From positions 77,221,637 through 77,285,636 of the forward strand of contig NC_068986.1 in NCBI RefSeq assembly GCF_001194135.2: DNA of 64,000 bases. The letters run 5' to 3'. Of this stretch, positions 39,255-52,188 are shown piece after piece. Origin of the DNA: Octopus bimaculoides (lineage: Eukaryota). Under the pieces are notes generated by a model. It worked only from the letters and a program-made list of their open reading frames with translations, was not told where the DNA came from and did not search any database. How positions within the stretch are numbered: position 1 is the stretch's first letter; the number at the start of each line of letters is the position of its first letter. The position numbers and the translations under genes are program-made.

Positions 39255-39452
39255 GGCAGAAGGCCTGAAAATTTTGGGGGAGGGGGCCAGTCGATTAGAT
39301 TGACCCCAGTATGCAACTGGTACTTAATTTATCAACACCGAAAGGATGAAAGGTAAAGTTGACCTCGATGGAATTTGAACTCAGGACGTAAAGACAGACA
39401 AAATACCGCTAAGCATTTCGCCCAACGTGCTAACGTTTTTGTCAGCTCGCCT
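39255..39452 (-). mobile_element. Best-preserved tRNA-derived SINE copy
   Basis: Minus strand: GGCGAGCTGACAAAAACGTTAGCACGTTGGGCGAAATGCTTAGCGGTATTTG..GAGTTCAAATTCCATCGAGGTCAACTTTACCTTTCATCCTTTCGGTGTTGATAAATTAAGTACCAG. Confidence 0.85.
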
Positions 39453-39789
39453 GATTTGTAATATTCCATATAATATTTCAGTCAGCCAACTTAGGATTTT
39501 AAAACACTGATACAAAATGATTGTGTATGTTACTGTCTATTTGCCTTGACATTGTGTGATAGTTGTAAGCAAATGTTATCATCATGCAAGTGGCTTCCCT
39601 CATTTCCAATCTTCTGAAACATGTCTGGTCATGGAGAAATAATACCTGATTTGGAAACAAGTGAAGGTTGGCAATAAGGACATCTGGCTGTGGAAAATCT
39701 GCCTCAACAAATTCCATCCTTTGTATGTGAGCATGGAAAAATGAACATTAAAAGGATAATGATGATTAGCTAAGAGTCAGCTTTTCTAC

Positions 39790-40085
39790 CTTTGCATTTG
39801 TTGATTGACAGAAAACTTTTGACAAGCTTTCACTATCTGTAGTTTGTTAATCACTAAGAAAACTAGGTGTAGATAAATGACTTGTGAAAGCAGTGCAAGA
39901 AATGTATAGAGATGCAGTCAGCGAAATGAGAGTTGGTGATGAGATCAGTGTTTAAGTAGGTGTCCATAAAGGTTCAGCTATCAGCATACTTATTTATTAT
40001 AATTCTCCAAACCATAAAGGGATTCTAAGACTGGCTGTCCATTGCAATTCCTGTATGCTGATGACATAGTTTTTATAGTAGATTT
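39790..40085 (+). mobile_element. RTE RT core fragment
   Basis: AFVD..KTFD..LRKLGVDK*LVKAVQEMYRDA..VGVHKGS..FLYADDIV. Confidence 0.7.
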
Positions 40086-41330
40086 TGTAGTGAATTTATA
40101 AAGACATTTCAAATGATATTGCTTTGGTATGAAGTATAGCTTTTCCTGCACCTGATAAATCCCTAAAATTTCTCAATTGTGGAAGTTCAAAACTCCATAA
40201 TTTCTTCCATATACAGACAGTTGATGTAAAATTTTGGCCATTTCATGGTCTTAAAATACATTGCTGTTTTTGAAGCAACCAAGTCAATAACTCTTAAGAA
40301 ATTTGGCATTAAGTTGAATGCAATGAAACAAAATTTCAAATTCCTGACAGATATGGTTTTACTGGAAATAGTGACTTTTCCCATTAGAAAACAAAACATC
40401 TCTTGTAACAAATGCAGAATCTATTAGCAAAATATTTCAGCATGTTTCAGTGCAACAAAAAAAAATAAATTAAATAAATAAAAAAATAAACCTGCAATAA
40501 TTCCCAATATATTTGAAACTTTCTGAGTTAATGACCAGTTATGGTTTGTCATGCAGTAAGAATTACAAAATTTTGCTTTGTCATAAAGTTGAAATTTATT
40601 TAGTCTAACAAGTGCAGAAACTCTTCCTTACAATATTACTGCTACTTTTGGAGTAGCTAAGTCAATTCTTATGAAGAAATTGATATTACTGTGGATGGAA
40701 TCAGGCAAAAATTATCATTTCTTACAGGTATAAGCACCAATGGAGATGGTGACTTTTCACAATAGGAAAATTTGGAAAGTTATCTCACAAATGAAAAATT
40801 TGTAATCAAAATATGTTTGAGTGCAATAAAGTGAATAATTATCCCTCCACACCTGTTCCCCTGTCTCAGACTTTCATTAGTTTATTCCATGTGTTTGGCC
40901 GTTTGATGACACTCGAAAATATGCACAGCTAAGCTAAGAATTTCTCTTGTTTTTAATCGCCTCATTTTCTCAGTCATTTTCTCTAAAATAATTCTTTTTT
41001 GTTTGCTCTGCTCCCTAAAATGACTGACATTGTTCATGGTTGCACCCAACCCCACCACCAATATCAGAAATTACGTTTTATTTACTGGACATCCTGTTGC
41101 CCTTCCCCTCTCTCTTTTTATATTGGTTATCTCACTGCCCTTTCCTTTTTACGCTCTCTCTGGACTATATTTTCAAACACCCCAAGCACTTTATATACAC
41201 TGCTTCCTTACTCCCACCCCCCAGTAGAGGCAACAACCTTAACAATTCTAACATGTTTGAATGACAATAGGTTAAAAGCAAGAATAACTATTGTGACGTC
41301 TGTTACCTAACAATCATGGGAACCTTTTTT

Positions 41331-41795
41331 TCAGGTGCTGGATAACATCTCTCCTTCCAGTGTTTCTTTCCATATCTCTTTCCCAGTTTTCAAAGTTGGT
41401 ACTGTAAATGTAAGCACATTGAAAGGTAGGTCTAGCGAGATTGTAGAGATACTTGAAAGGAGACATGTTGATGCATGTTGCATACAAGAGGTAAGGTGGA
41501 GAGAAGCTTCAGCCAGAGTCCTCACAGGCAAAGCACATGGGTGAATTAGTGGGTGTGGGCATATTTCCTGCAGAGAAATGGGTGGATAAGGTCATAGAGG
41601 TAGTGAGGGGGTGCAATAGAATACTTAAACTCAGGCTAGTCTTGCAGAATGGTACAGCTACAATTATCTCTGCTTACGCCCCACAAGCGGGCCTACCAAA
41701 TGAACAGAAGGATCACTTTTATGATATTCTTCTGCAGGCTATCTCAAAGACAAGTGGCAATGACCTCATCCTTGTGGCTGGAGATTTTAATGAAG
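41331..41795 (+). mobile_element. RTE AP-endonuclease fragment
   Basis: VGTVNVSTLKGRSSEIVEILERRHVDACCIQEVRW..TIISAYAPQAGLPNEQKDHFYD..LVAGDFN. Confidence 0.88.
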
Positions 41796-41804
41796 ACTTG
41801 TTTT

Positions 41805-43200
41805 TAATGGGACAACCATTTATGTTATTGCAGTAAAGTGGTGCCATAAATCAAATAGTTCTAATCAATCTGTGCCAAACTGATTGATTATATTATCCAC
41901 AATGAATAATTTTGCTTCACATGTCTCTCCTGAAAATGATACATGTTTTGCCCATGTAATGTAATATATTGCCCATTATACCATGTGCTATTTTTGCTGT
42001 TTTACGTAATCTTGGTTTACCAATTTTTTTCCCCAAGTATCCGCATTTATAATCAAGATGTCACTACCTGTGTCTAACTGTAATTTGGTATTTACATCAT
42101 TTATTTTTACATGTACTCTCCACTGAAAATACCTTTTTGTGTTTGAGCCTCAAGTTTGTTCTACAATAAGAACTCCTGTGGCCCAGCTTCTGACAACTAT
42201 AGAACTTTTTGTTTTTAAATGGACAATCCTTTTTGTAGTGTAGGTCTCCACAACCACAACATGGATTGAGGCCTGACACTTTTTTTTTATTGTGCTTCCT
42301 GGAATAACACATTTGAATTTTTTACACATTATGTTTAAGATTTACCATAGTCAGACATTCTTCTGCAATGGTCTGTAGGGATAAATCCTGATTTGCTTGC
42401 ACCATTTTCAAGAGAATTCTTGCCCAAATTTCTCTATCTTCAGTTGCTTATAAATCCTTGCACGAAGATAAGTGATTTGAACATATCCTGAGTGATATCC
42501 TGGAGTTTGAAATTTTCACACATATGGTTGACTATTCCAGTATAGGTGATAAAATCCTCCTCCTCATTTTTTGTTAAGTTCCAACACTCCATTCTGGTGT
42601 TGAATAATGAACTTGTATCACAAAAATTTTTGAAAGCAGTTCTATGGTTTCTTGGAAGCCAATCTCACTTGACCTTTCAGGCAGGATAAAGTTATGGTAA
42701 CACACGTGTTCGGCAGGAACTACCTTGCGTAGTACAAGCCTTACTTTTTGCTCCTCTGACCATGATTTGCACTTGTTAAAAATTCCAACGTATCTTTTAT
42801 AATACGTGGGAAATGTAATGCTCTCCTCCAGATTATACATAAATTCAGAAATTGCATTTGCTATGCTGTCTGGTGTAAACAAACTTGCTGGATTTTCGGA
42901 CTTCGCCGACTGTAACTCAGTTAATTGTTGTTGTTGTAGTATTTGTTTTTGCAACTCCTGTAGTTGTTTCTCTTGAAGCTGTACTACTACAGTTTTCTAT
43001 GATGCAGAAATTGTCAAATACTAATGTGAGTTTCGAATGATCCTCGTCACCAGATGTTATATCCTTATAGATAAACGAATACACTGCAACAGTGTAATAA
43101 CAATATAATTGAAACAAATAGCAGTAACCACACAGAACATAACAACAATCTTTTAAGAACCAACATTCCAACACTGTAAACTTTGAACTGGGGAACAAGC
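41805..43200 (-). mobile_element. Ty3/Gypsy 5' fragment: LTR end, PBS, gag, Zn knuckles, protease
   Basis: LTR end ..ATAACA at 43055; PBS TGGTGACGAGGAT 43040-43052; gag ITFPTYYKRYVGIF..WSEEQKVRLVLRK..HNFILP; CxxCxxxHxxxxC knuckles; protease LQLDTGSD near 42070. Confidence 0.85.
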
Positions 43201-43659
43201 ATGAACTACCTAACTTACTCAGACCGCTACTATGTATATGTAGGGGTCCAGTCCATTCTTGCCAGGAGGCATTGTACTGTTGCACAATACTTACATTTCC
43301 TCCTCATACGCTATGATTATTTCCCACTCTCCATCCCTGCTCTCATTGCCTCACTCATTGTATCGCTGCTTTTCCCATCCTCCTTTTTAAACCCAGATTC
43401 TCACTAGTCACTGCAATCTCCTCCCTCACTCCCTACTCATGCCTTCTTGGCAAAACCTGGCCACATGTATTTTGATCCTGTATCTTGAGGGCATGCCCTG
43501 GCAATTTCCACAATTTGTCTCTCTCTTCCTTACTCTACCATCCCATCTATGCTCTAAACCCCATTCCTTGTGAATATATCCTGGCCCTTCACCATCATCT
43601 TTCTCCTGCTTTCTCTTGCATTCTTGCTGTTTCCTTCTCTCTCTTTCCCTTACTCTTCC

Positions 43660-43890
43660 CTCTGACTGGGTGACCATGTATTTCCTCTACAGCAGCAAAC
43701 CTGTTTCTGCACCTCATTCTTGGTCACTTTCTTTCTCTCTCCTTCTGGCTAGGTAACCAAGTCTCTCCTTTACAGCAGCACATCTATTTCTGTTCTCTTT
43801 CTTGTTACCTCTCTCTCCCTCTCTTTTTTTCCCCTCTCTCTCTTGGCTGGGTAACCATGTACCTCCTCTATAACAAAATACCTGTTTTTG
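43660..43890 (+). repeat. Three ~90-bp-spaced copies of GGGTAACCATGTA.CTCCTCTACAGCA..ACCTGTTTCTG
   Basis: Read directly; a related copy lies at ~24345-24400, so this is probably part of a dispersed pyrimidine-rich repeat. Confidence 0.6.
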
Positions 43891-44289
43891 CCTCTCTGTC
43901 ACACTCAAATCTTTCTTCATCTGACACAAGATCACCTCCTCAAACTTTGTCTTGCAAGTTACTTGGTGACCCTACTGGTGCTGGTGCTATGTAAAAAGTA
44001 TCCAGTCCACACTGGGAAGTGGTTGGCATTTAGAAGGGCATCCAGCTGTAAAAACCATGCCAAAACTGACCTTGCTTGTGCTGATGCCACGTAAAAAGTA
44101 CTCAGTCTAGTCTGCTGGGTATTAGGAAGGGCAACCAACCAAAAAAATCATGCCAAAACAGACATAGTAGCCTTGTGTAGTCTTCTACCTGGCCAGCTCC
44201 CGTCAAACCATTCAACCCATTTAGTTTCCTACTACTCAGCAGGCACTTACCTGGGGTGAATTCAAAACCACATGGTTTGAAAATGCACA

Positions 44290-45536
44290 CACAGATTATA
44301 TATACATATGCACATACAGATTATATATGTGGCAGATGTTCAGGTGCAATAAAGACTGTAAACAAACAGGAAACAACTTCTATCTCATTCCAGGGAGAAA
44401 AACTAGAGGTAGTCGATAGCTTCCGCTATCTGGGTGACCAAGTTAGTAGTGGGGGTGGGTGCGCTGAAAGTGTAACTGCTAGAATAAGAATAGCCTGGGC
44501 CAAGCTTAGAGAGCTCTTACCTCTGCTGGCGACAAAGGGACTCTCACTCAGGGTAAAAGGCAGACTGTATGACGCATGTGTACGAACAGCCATGCNNNNN
44601 NNNNNNNNNNNNNNNNNNNNNNNNNNNNNNNNNNNNNNNNNNNNNNNNNNNNNNNNNNNNNNNNNNNNNNNNNNNNNNNNNNNNNNNNNNNNNNNNNNNN
44701 NNNNNNNNNNNNNNNNNNNNNNNNNNNNNNNNNNNNNNNNNNNNNNNNNNNNNNNNNNNNNNNNNNNNNNNNNNNNNNNNNNNNNNNNNNNNNNNNNNNN
44801 NNNNNNNNNNNNNNNNNNNNNNNNNNNNNNNNNNNNNNNNNNNNNNNNNNNNNNNNNNNNNNNNNNNNNNNNNNNNNNNNNNNNNNNNNNNNNNNNNNNN
44901 NNNNNNNNNNNNNNNNNNNNNNNNNNNNNNNNNNNNNNNNNNNNNNNNNNNNNNNNNNNNNNNNNNNNNNNNNNNNNNNNNNNNNNNNNNNNNNNNNNNN
45001 NNNNNNNNNNNNNNNNNNNNNNNNNNNNNNNNNNNNNNNNNNNNNNNNNNNNNNNNNNNNNNNNNNNNNNNNNNNNNNNNNNNNNNNNNNNNNNNNNNNN
45101 NNNNNNNNNNNNNNNNNNNNNNNNNNNNNNNNNNNNNNNNNNNNNNNNNNNNNNNNNNNNNNNNNNNNNNNNNNNNNNNNNNNNNNNNNNNNNNNNNNNN
45201 NNNNNNNNNNNNNNNNNNNNNNNNNNNNNNNNNNNNNNNNNNNNNNNNNNNNNNNNNNNNNNNNNNNNNNNNNNNNNNNNNNNNNCTTGTGCGGGTGGCA
45301 CATAAAAGACACCATTTCGAGCGTGGCCGTTTTCGTGCGGGTGACACGTAAAAGCACCCACTACACTCTCTGAGTGGTTGGCGTTAGGAAGGGCATCCAG
45401 CTGTAGAAACTCTGCCAAATTAGATTGGAGCCTGGTGTAGCCATCCAGTTGCACCAGTCCTCAGTCAAATCGTCCAACCCATGCTAGCATGGAAAGCGGA
45501 CGTTAAACGATGATGATGATGATGATGATGATGATG
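44290..45536 (+). mobile_element. RTE LINE 3' part with intact 3' UTR and (GAT)n tail
   Basis: FRYLGDQVSSGGGCAESVTARIRIAWAKLRELLPLLATKGLSLRVKGRLYDACVRTAM, N gap, then a 3' UTR ending GCATGGAAAGCGGACGTTAAAC(GAT)n. Confidence 0.9.
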
Positions 45537-45544
45537 GTAGCATC

Positions 45545-45800
45545 ATTGAAGAAGAGGTCCCAAACTGAACATGACTAACTATCATCCTTATCACCAAAGT
45601 TTGATCTCAATAATGTTTGAACTAGATGGTAGGCCAATGCCAGATGGCACACTAAGAAAGTGCTGCTCGAGACTACAACCAATTTGGTAGCAGTCCATTG
45701 CAATTTCATCATAAAAACCATTTGGTATGTAACTCGGGGGTAGACAGTCGACTGACTGCCGACACCACAGATCTCCTCAAAGATTTGTGTGGATGAATTT
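45545..45800 (+). mobile_element. Decayed CR1/L2-like RT fragment
   Basis: Frameshifted KRGPKLNMTNYHP..LETTTNLV..IW..RG*TVD, matching RT domains 1-3. Confidence 0.45.
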
Positions 45801-46800
45801 GGGTTTTTTTTTGGATTGATCACACGATGTCACTCAGTTTTCTTTATTTTCAGAGCAGTTTTTCTCTCCTCCCATTTGGCAATTATTAATATAGTTCATT
45901 GAAATTTGTCAACACCAAATACCATCATATCCAGCAATAAATATTACAGATAAATGTTCGTGAGTTTACTTCAATTATTATTCACGTAAGAAGCAATGAC
46001 ATCTACACATACATCACAACTAAGTTAATAAAGCCATTCACTTCTGCATTGGCAACTCATACTTTTGAAGTATATCTTCACTGACCAGTGACAAGCAAAC
46101 CCACACAACAGTTTCACCAAAAGGATGAGTCAAAATTGGTTTGATGATAACAATTAAATCATTCAATACATCATTAAAAAGTAAAATATTCAGATATCAT
46201 TTGAACAAGACCCAAGGTCAAGACTTAAAAAGATTTGCTGTTAAAAGTTCAAGCACTAAAGTCAAACCATACTTAGAGAAATACTAAAGAATTAGTTGTA
46301 ACACAAAGCAACAGAGTTTAAAATTAATGCAGATGCCCACAATCTTTGAAAGTTTCTCTACTGTTCAAAACACAAAGACCGAAAGATGTTTTTTTTTTTT
46401 AAGACAAAAAAATTAAAAGTCAGGCCTGAAAATGTCAGTTAATGAACAATAAATTTAAAACATTTCATTTAAATTTATGGAGTTTTTTTCAGTTCAGAAG
46501 TCCTTAATAAGTTTCAGAAACTCAAGAAACTATATGAATTGATTCATTCGAAAAATAAACAAAAAACACCCATGTACAAATATCGGCGAGTGAAGAGCTT
46601 CCCATACAGATAGCCTTCGCTTGTCAATGGAATAGTATGAATAAGTGTTTCTCAGGCGAGGTTTCAAGTATATTCTTCCATAATTATCTCCCCTATATAT
46701 ATANNNNNNNNNNNNNNNNNNNNNNNNNNNNNNNNNNNNNNNNNNNNNNNNNNNNNNNNNNNNNNNNNNNNNNNNTATATAGCTATATAAAAAGTGTTGA

Positions 46801-46846
46801 CTCCCGTCCTATTTGAACGCTTCCTGTTGGATTGGCGGTTTTGAAT
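46801..46846 (+). promoter_or_regulatory. Candidate cell-cycle-type promoter (CHR, inverted CCAAT, E2F-like)
   Basis: TTTGAA 46812-46817 and 46840-46845; ATTGG 46831-46835; TTGGCGG 46832-46838; CTCCCG 46801-46806; ETS-like CTTCCTG 46820-46826. Confidence 0.5.
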
Positions 46847-46903
46847 GAAACGTCTTGGAAGTTTATGGAATTATGAACGTTGCTTGAAAATATACCTGTG
46901 CTT

Positions 46904-46918
46904 ATGGAGAAAGAAGAG
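46904..46918 (+). CDS. PALB2: PALB2-like gene, candidate coding exon 1 (MEKEE)
   Basis: ATGGAGAAAGAAGAG|GTACGT, phase 0, just downstream of the promoter motifs; resembles human ..EEKEK| exon-1 end (recalled). An alternative start at ATG 46845 gives phase 2. Confidence 0.5.
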
Positions 46919-48157
46919 GTACGTCACTTTAGATAAGGAAATTCATTTTCAGAATTCTTCTCGTCTTTCAGATTTTTTTAAGATTTGTAGATTTTTCTTC
47001 ATTTTTATAAAGTTTTGTTTTTACCACTTGTTTCATTAACGCACGTTGTCACAATATTGACTTTTAATAAAACTCGTGTATCATTGAAAAACTCTGACAG
47101 TTATTTTGTTTTGTTAACTTTGTCAGTAGTTTCTACATAACTATTAATATAAATTCTTTTTTTTTTAATCGTAGCATTTGGTGAATTGTAATAATTTAAA
47201 AATATCGTCTGGCTCTCAATATCTAGTCTGCTTTTCAGTTTGTGACAATAAACATAAATAATAAAAACGAAGAAAATGTAATTAGCGAAAAAGTTAAATA
47301 TTTAAAAAAAAATTCAATTTAAAGAATAGTAAGTATTCCAGGAGACTTAATATTTATATACTAAAACATTTTTTTTTAAATGTCAAAATTTTCTTAATTG
47401 ATTTACCCAGCTTGCAAAAACAAAACATAGTCGAACTAGACCATGTTCATCTTACGAAGAATATGTAGAAATTCGAAATAGTCTGAACTGAACGAATCTT
47501 GTTGCACAAGATTACTTCTGATATACATTAAGTAATTTTTGTGTATTTGTGTGTGGGTGGTTGGGTTAGAAAACACGAAAAAATATCAATAAATGAACGA
47601 ACGCAAGTACATGCTTGTTAGAGTTTGTAATGAGTTTGATAGACTTGTATTAACAGTTCTCAGTAAGTTTAATTCTTTAGGAATTTGTAGCTCTGCATTA
47701 TCAAGAAAACTTTTTGCTTTGTTCTGAAATATCGCTTATAGTTATTTAAGTTTTAATTATTTGTATATAATTAGAAGCAAGAGCCGAATTCTGCTTTACG
47801 CACGTCATATAGTCCCTCATAACTTAAAAATAAAAAATTAATTTTCAGAGTTCACACGACTATGAAAAATTATTTAAAAGTTTTTCGAAACTTAAAATAA
47901 TTTTTTGGTTAGTTTCTCGAATTTTTCTTTTTAAATCATACAGTCCGACGGCAATAAATGTGTTTATGGGGAGAGACAAGCGAGGAGAATCTGAGATGGT
48001 CGAGCGCTCTGACACGTTTAGTGTAAAATGTAGATGTGTAACCTTAGGTCATCTTTGCTTGAAAAAAATTATAATTAAGGAACTCATCCGTGACCATCTC
48101 TTCCAAAGGCAGAGTGCACTTGTGGCCACATTATGTTTATGCTTATCCACTTTAAGT

Positions 48158-48483
48158 CATTGGTTCTTAACCTACTGGGGGAGGGGGCTCAGAAATTTCT
48201 TAGTGGGACGTGAGCCCTTGAAAAATAGCAGGAACTTCCCCAATTATATTTGTTATTCTCTTAACGAGAGCATGGTTAAATAAGTTTATGAAAAAATGCA
48301 TAAGTATCGCCTTATACTTTGAGTTTTCTTATTCTGCTATCTTAGAGCCGCTTACCATTTTCTATACTTATTGACCCTCCCCTTCATATCTCACAAAACC
48401 CTCACTAATTCTGAACTGTAGCTTTAACATTTGCTTTTATTTTGTAATTTTTTTTATTACAAGACCGAGGTTAAGAACTACGG
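48158..48483. mobile_element. hAT/Charlie-type MITE or left end of the adjacent hAT element
   Basis: CATTGGTTCTTAACCT..AGGTTAAGAACTACGG TIR-like ends; no clean TSD. Confidence 0.45.
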
Positions 48484-49169
48484 TATAAAGCTTAGGTATT
48501 ATCGTATAAAGACAAACATCTTTTTCGGTTAAATAGATTATAAACAAGTTTGATCCACAGTTTTCATATATATGATATAAAGTGATTCTTAAAAATCAAG
48601 AGACGTGCTGAAACATTATCAGATCATTATTGTAACATACTAAGAAATATTAACTTAATTTAATAAATGGAAAACTATTCTTAAATTTTAGGAAGATAAA
48701 AAGCATGATATATTTAAAAATCTGAAATAAAGCAAGAAGTATGTAATAGGTTCTACTATTGCTCAATTTAATAAAGTCTCAAAAATATTAAAACCTAGAT
48801 TGGAAAAATGAAAAATTTTAACAATAAAACCAGAATTTTCAATATTAAATGTTTGTTAAAAATATAGTAAATTTTTTTTTGTTAGCAAAAAAATAATAAT
48901 AATAATAATGTTAAACTAAAATTCAGATTTAAATATTACAGAAAGCACTAGGTAAAAATCTAAAGCTATGCAAAATCTTTTCTTTTTTAAAGAAACTTTC
49001 TTTCATATTTCATACAAATAAATACCATATTTTATTGTACAAATTTTTCATATAACTTTTTAACTTTTATTCTAAATTAAAAATTTTTTGGGGCTAGCAT
49101 TCTAACTTCGGCCTTGACATTACTTTACATGTGCCTTAGCTTTTGTTCACATATTTGTGTTGTCTACTG

Positions 49170-50830
49170 CACTAATTCGCAATGAGTACAAAGAAATGCA
49201 AGTATCTTGAATATATTCAATTTGGATTCGTGTGCCCCCAAAAGGGTGACACAGAAGTCCCCCAGTGTGTGATATGTTACAAAAATTTGAGCAATGATGG
49301 AATGCGACCCTCACGCTTGGAATGCCACTTGAAGACAACACCTCCTGCTCTTGTAGACAAGCCCAAGGCATTCGTTGAAAGAAAAAGACATTCCTTGAAG
49401 CAAGCTAACTTGGACAGTAGTGGGGCATTTCAGCAACAAACTTCAATGGTTGTTGAGACTTCTTATGAGATCACCATGTTGACTGCAAAGAGCAAGAAGA
49501 GCCATAACACAAGAGTCTCTCATAAAACCAAGTCTACTCTGTGTAGCAGAACTTGTTCTGGGGAAAGGTAGTGCAAAGAAGCTTTCTCAGATTTTGCTAT
49601 TAAATGATACAGTCCAGGGAAGGATAGATGACTTATCTCAAGACATAAAAGATCTAATTCTCGACCAAGTAAGAGATCCTCCTGTTTTTGCTATCCAGTG
49701 TGACGAAATGACTGACATTGCTCAGTGTTTTAGGCTACTGGTATATGCTCGTTTGGTGTCAGGCAACTGCATAAAAGAGGAAATGTTGTCCTGTCACCCT
49801 ATGGATAGTTGTGCAACAGCTATTTTTCATGATGTATGAAACTTCTTTCAGGAAAACCAACTTTTGTGGGATTCACTGGTAGGGGTGTGCTCTGATGGAG
49901 TCTAGGGTGAAAGAAAAAGAATCCATCTGTTGTAGGTAAACACTGCATACTTCATCATGAAGCCTCAAAATCCAGAACCTTACCCACTGAGATGAGAACT
50001 GTCCTGAATGTGTTATCAAGGTTGTCAACTTTGTTAAAGGTGGAGCCTTAAACAGTCATCTTTTCAAACTGTTGTGTAAAGATATGGATTCTGAACATAA
50101 ACATTTTCATGCACCACAACACCATTTGAACCTTCATGGCCAAACTCGACCTCTAGAAATGTTGAATTCAGCAGGGAAATACAGCCAGTTTTAGTTACTT
50201 GGATTCTGCTCTCATTCAAGGTAACCTTGATTCTGAATTGAAGAAACAATCGCTCATCTAACTGTTTTGTAAACGGAATTTATCAGATACTTCCCAGATA
50301 TAGATGAAAAGCGTGAAGCTTGGAAATTCATCAGGAACCCATTTTAGTTGTGAAGTGACTGATGTTTTGGATGAAGTGCAAGAGGAATTTCTTGAACTCA
50401 ACTCCTCATCTAAGGAAGACTTCAAAGAACTGGATCGTGAAACATTGTGGATTAACTAACTTCCTGTTTACCCTCTGATCTCACATCAGGCTCTTCAAAT
50501 TTTAGCTCTGTTTGGATCCAAGTATCTTTGTGAAGCTGCATTTTCCATGCTTGTTGCTGTCAAGACCAAGTACAGAAACAGGCTGAATGTTGAAAGCGAC
50601 TTACATTGATGCACTCTCTGGCATTCAACCATGCAGTCAAGATGTTGTCACTAAGAAGCAGTGTCCAGTATCTCACTAATAATGTGACTAAGTATCCCAC
50701 ATTTTGTATAATGTGATTATATATAAAATCCTACATATTTTGTATAATGTGACTAATTCATATTTAAAATCTGGAGGGAATTTTATTCATAGATGCAAGG
50801 GGGTGTGGAGAGAAGGGCAAAGAACCACTG
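49170..50830 (+). mobile_element. hAT (Buster/ZBED5-8/SCAND3-like) transposase fossil
   Basis: PQCVICYKNLSNDGMRPSRLECHLKT (BED-like), FAIQCDEMTD, HCILHHE, LFGSKYLCEAAFS..KTKYRNRL; many stops; right TIR AAGAACCACTG ends at 50830. Confidence 0.88.
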
Positions 50831-52188
50831 GTATAAGTTAAATATGTGGCTGCTCTTTCTAGCATGTTGATAGACCTCGTTAGGGGAACCCTTCTAACGT
50901 CATTAAGAGCACGCTCTTTGGTAAATTTTTACAATCAGACCCCCACACGTTTCACTAAAAAAAAAAACCTGAAACATATACTAATATTTTCATGATAAAA
51001 TTGGCGATTTACTGTGCTTGAGAATACCTGTCCATCTTGGTAAAAAGGAGGCCTAGGCACAACGTACATGTCTGTCCTCAGCAGTCCTTCAGTATTAGTA
51101 TCTGGTTAGTACAGATACAGAACCTAGTGTGTAGTGGACACAATATAGGTGGCAAGGAGAGGACAGGAAAATGAATTGGGAGTGCCCAAGTGGAGGTGAG
51201 CACAGTCGACCTCCTGTGGGGTTTTTTTTCCTTTGTGTGTAGAAATAGAAAATGCTGAAAGAAGACAGTACATCTATAGGTTACTTTACTTGAGTAACTT
51301 TTTGCCTTTCTTTAGTCTGTCGTGTCATAATTAAACATTAATCAAATACATTAAATTTCAGTTTCTCTTGCTAGTATTTTACTTACCCCAAACTTTTCTT
51401 GCTGCATATAATAATTAACTACACTATTTTGATTTTAAAAATAATCAAGAATTTGGAGGAATTTTACAAAGAAAGAAAATGCTTTTTGGGACAGTTTAAC
51501 AAAAAGTTCTCAAAATTATGCTGGAAAGTTTTAATTTAAAATACTATTTTAAAATGAGAGGTTTTGTATCCCAGAACTAGAGGTTGGTCATGGATAGGTT
51601 GGTATTGAAAAGGTTAATATGTGTTAATTTACTGTGTTCATTGTCAAATATCTTGTTTCTGAATATGTAATTGGTTCCTGTCTGATATTGTGTATAATAT
51701 CTATGAAGAGGACACCTAATGATGGAAATTTTTCATAAAGTTGAGCTTAATAGACCAATTATAATCTTAACTCATCACAGAGATTTACATTGTACTTGAA
51801 TTTTTTGTTCAATCTGCACTGCATACTATCAACTTGTAGCACTTTTTTCTAGCACATATTGTCACTAATATCCAAGATGTGATAATTTCTTCTCTAATTT
51901 AAATTTTAAAGTTACTTGGCAGAGGAAGGGCAGTGCCTCCAAACCTTTTTGGGTACTGCTAGATGGCTAATAGACAGCCAGGTTAATATGGTTATTCAGT
52001 TAGGACTTCTCTTAACTACCCTAATTCGCAGTTGACTCTTTGGAGCTCTTCTGTTATGCAATGAATCACATTCAAATCCATCTTCCTTGCTCTCACTACC
52101 AGTTAGGAAAAAGTGTTTCCGTTAACATTGTTTTCTTTCGTTATCTATGAATCTGTTTCAAATCCTGCAATGCTTTTTCTTGTTGCAG

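Noticed and set aside
45575-45823. Minus-strand 82-aa ORF as an exon of an unknown gene
   Set aside because: The opposite strand shows decayed CR1/L2 RT motifs.
46570-46700. Divergent first exon of a head-to-head partner gene (human PALB2 pairs with DCTN5)
   Set aside because: An open minus frame exists (GRIYLKPRLRNT..) but has no start and no similarity to DCTN5 or any protein I recognise; a non-coding divergent transcript cannot be excluded.
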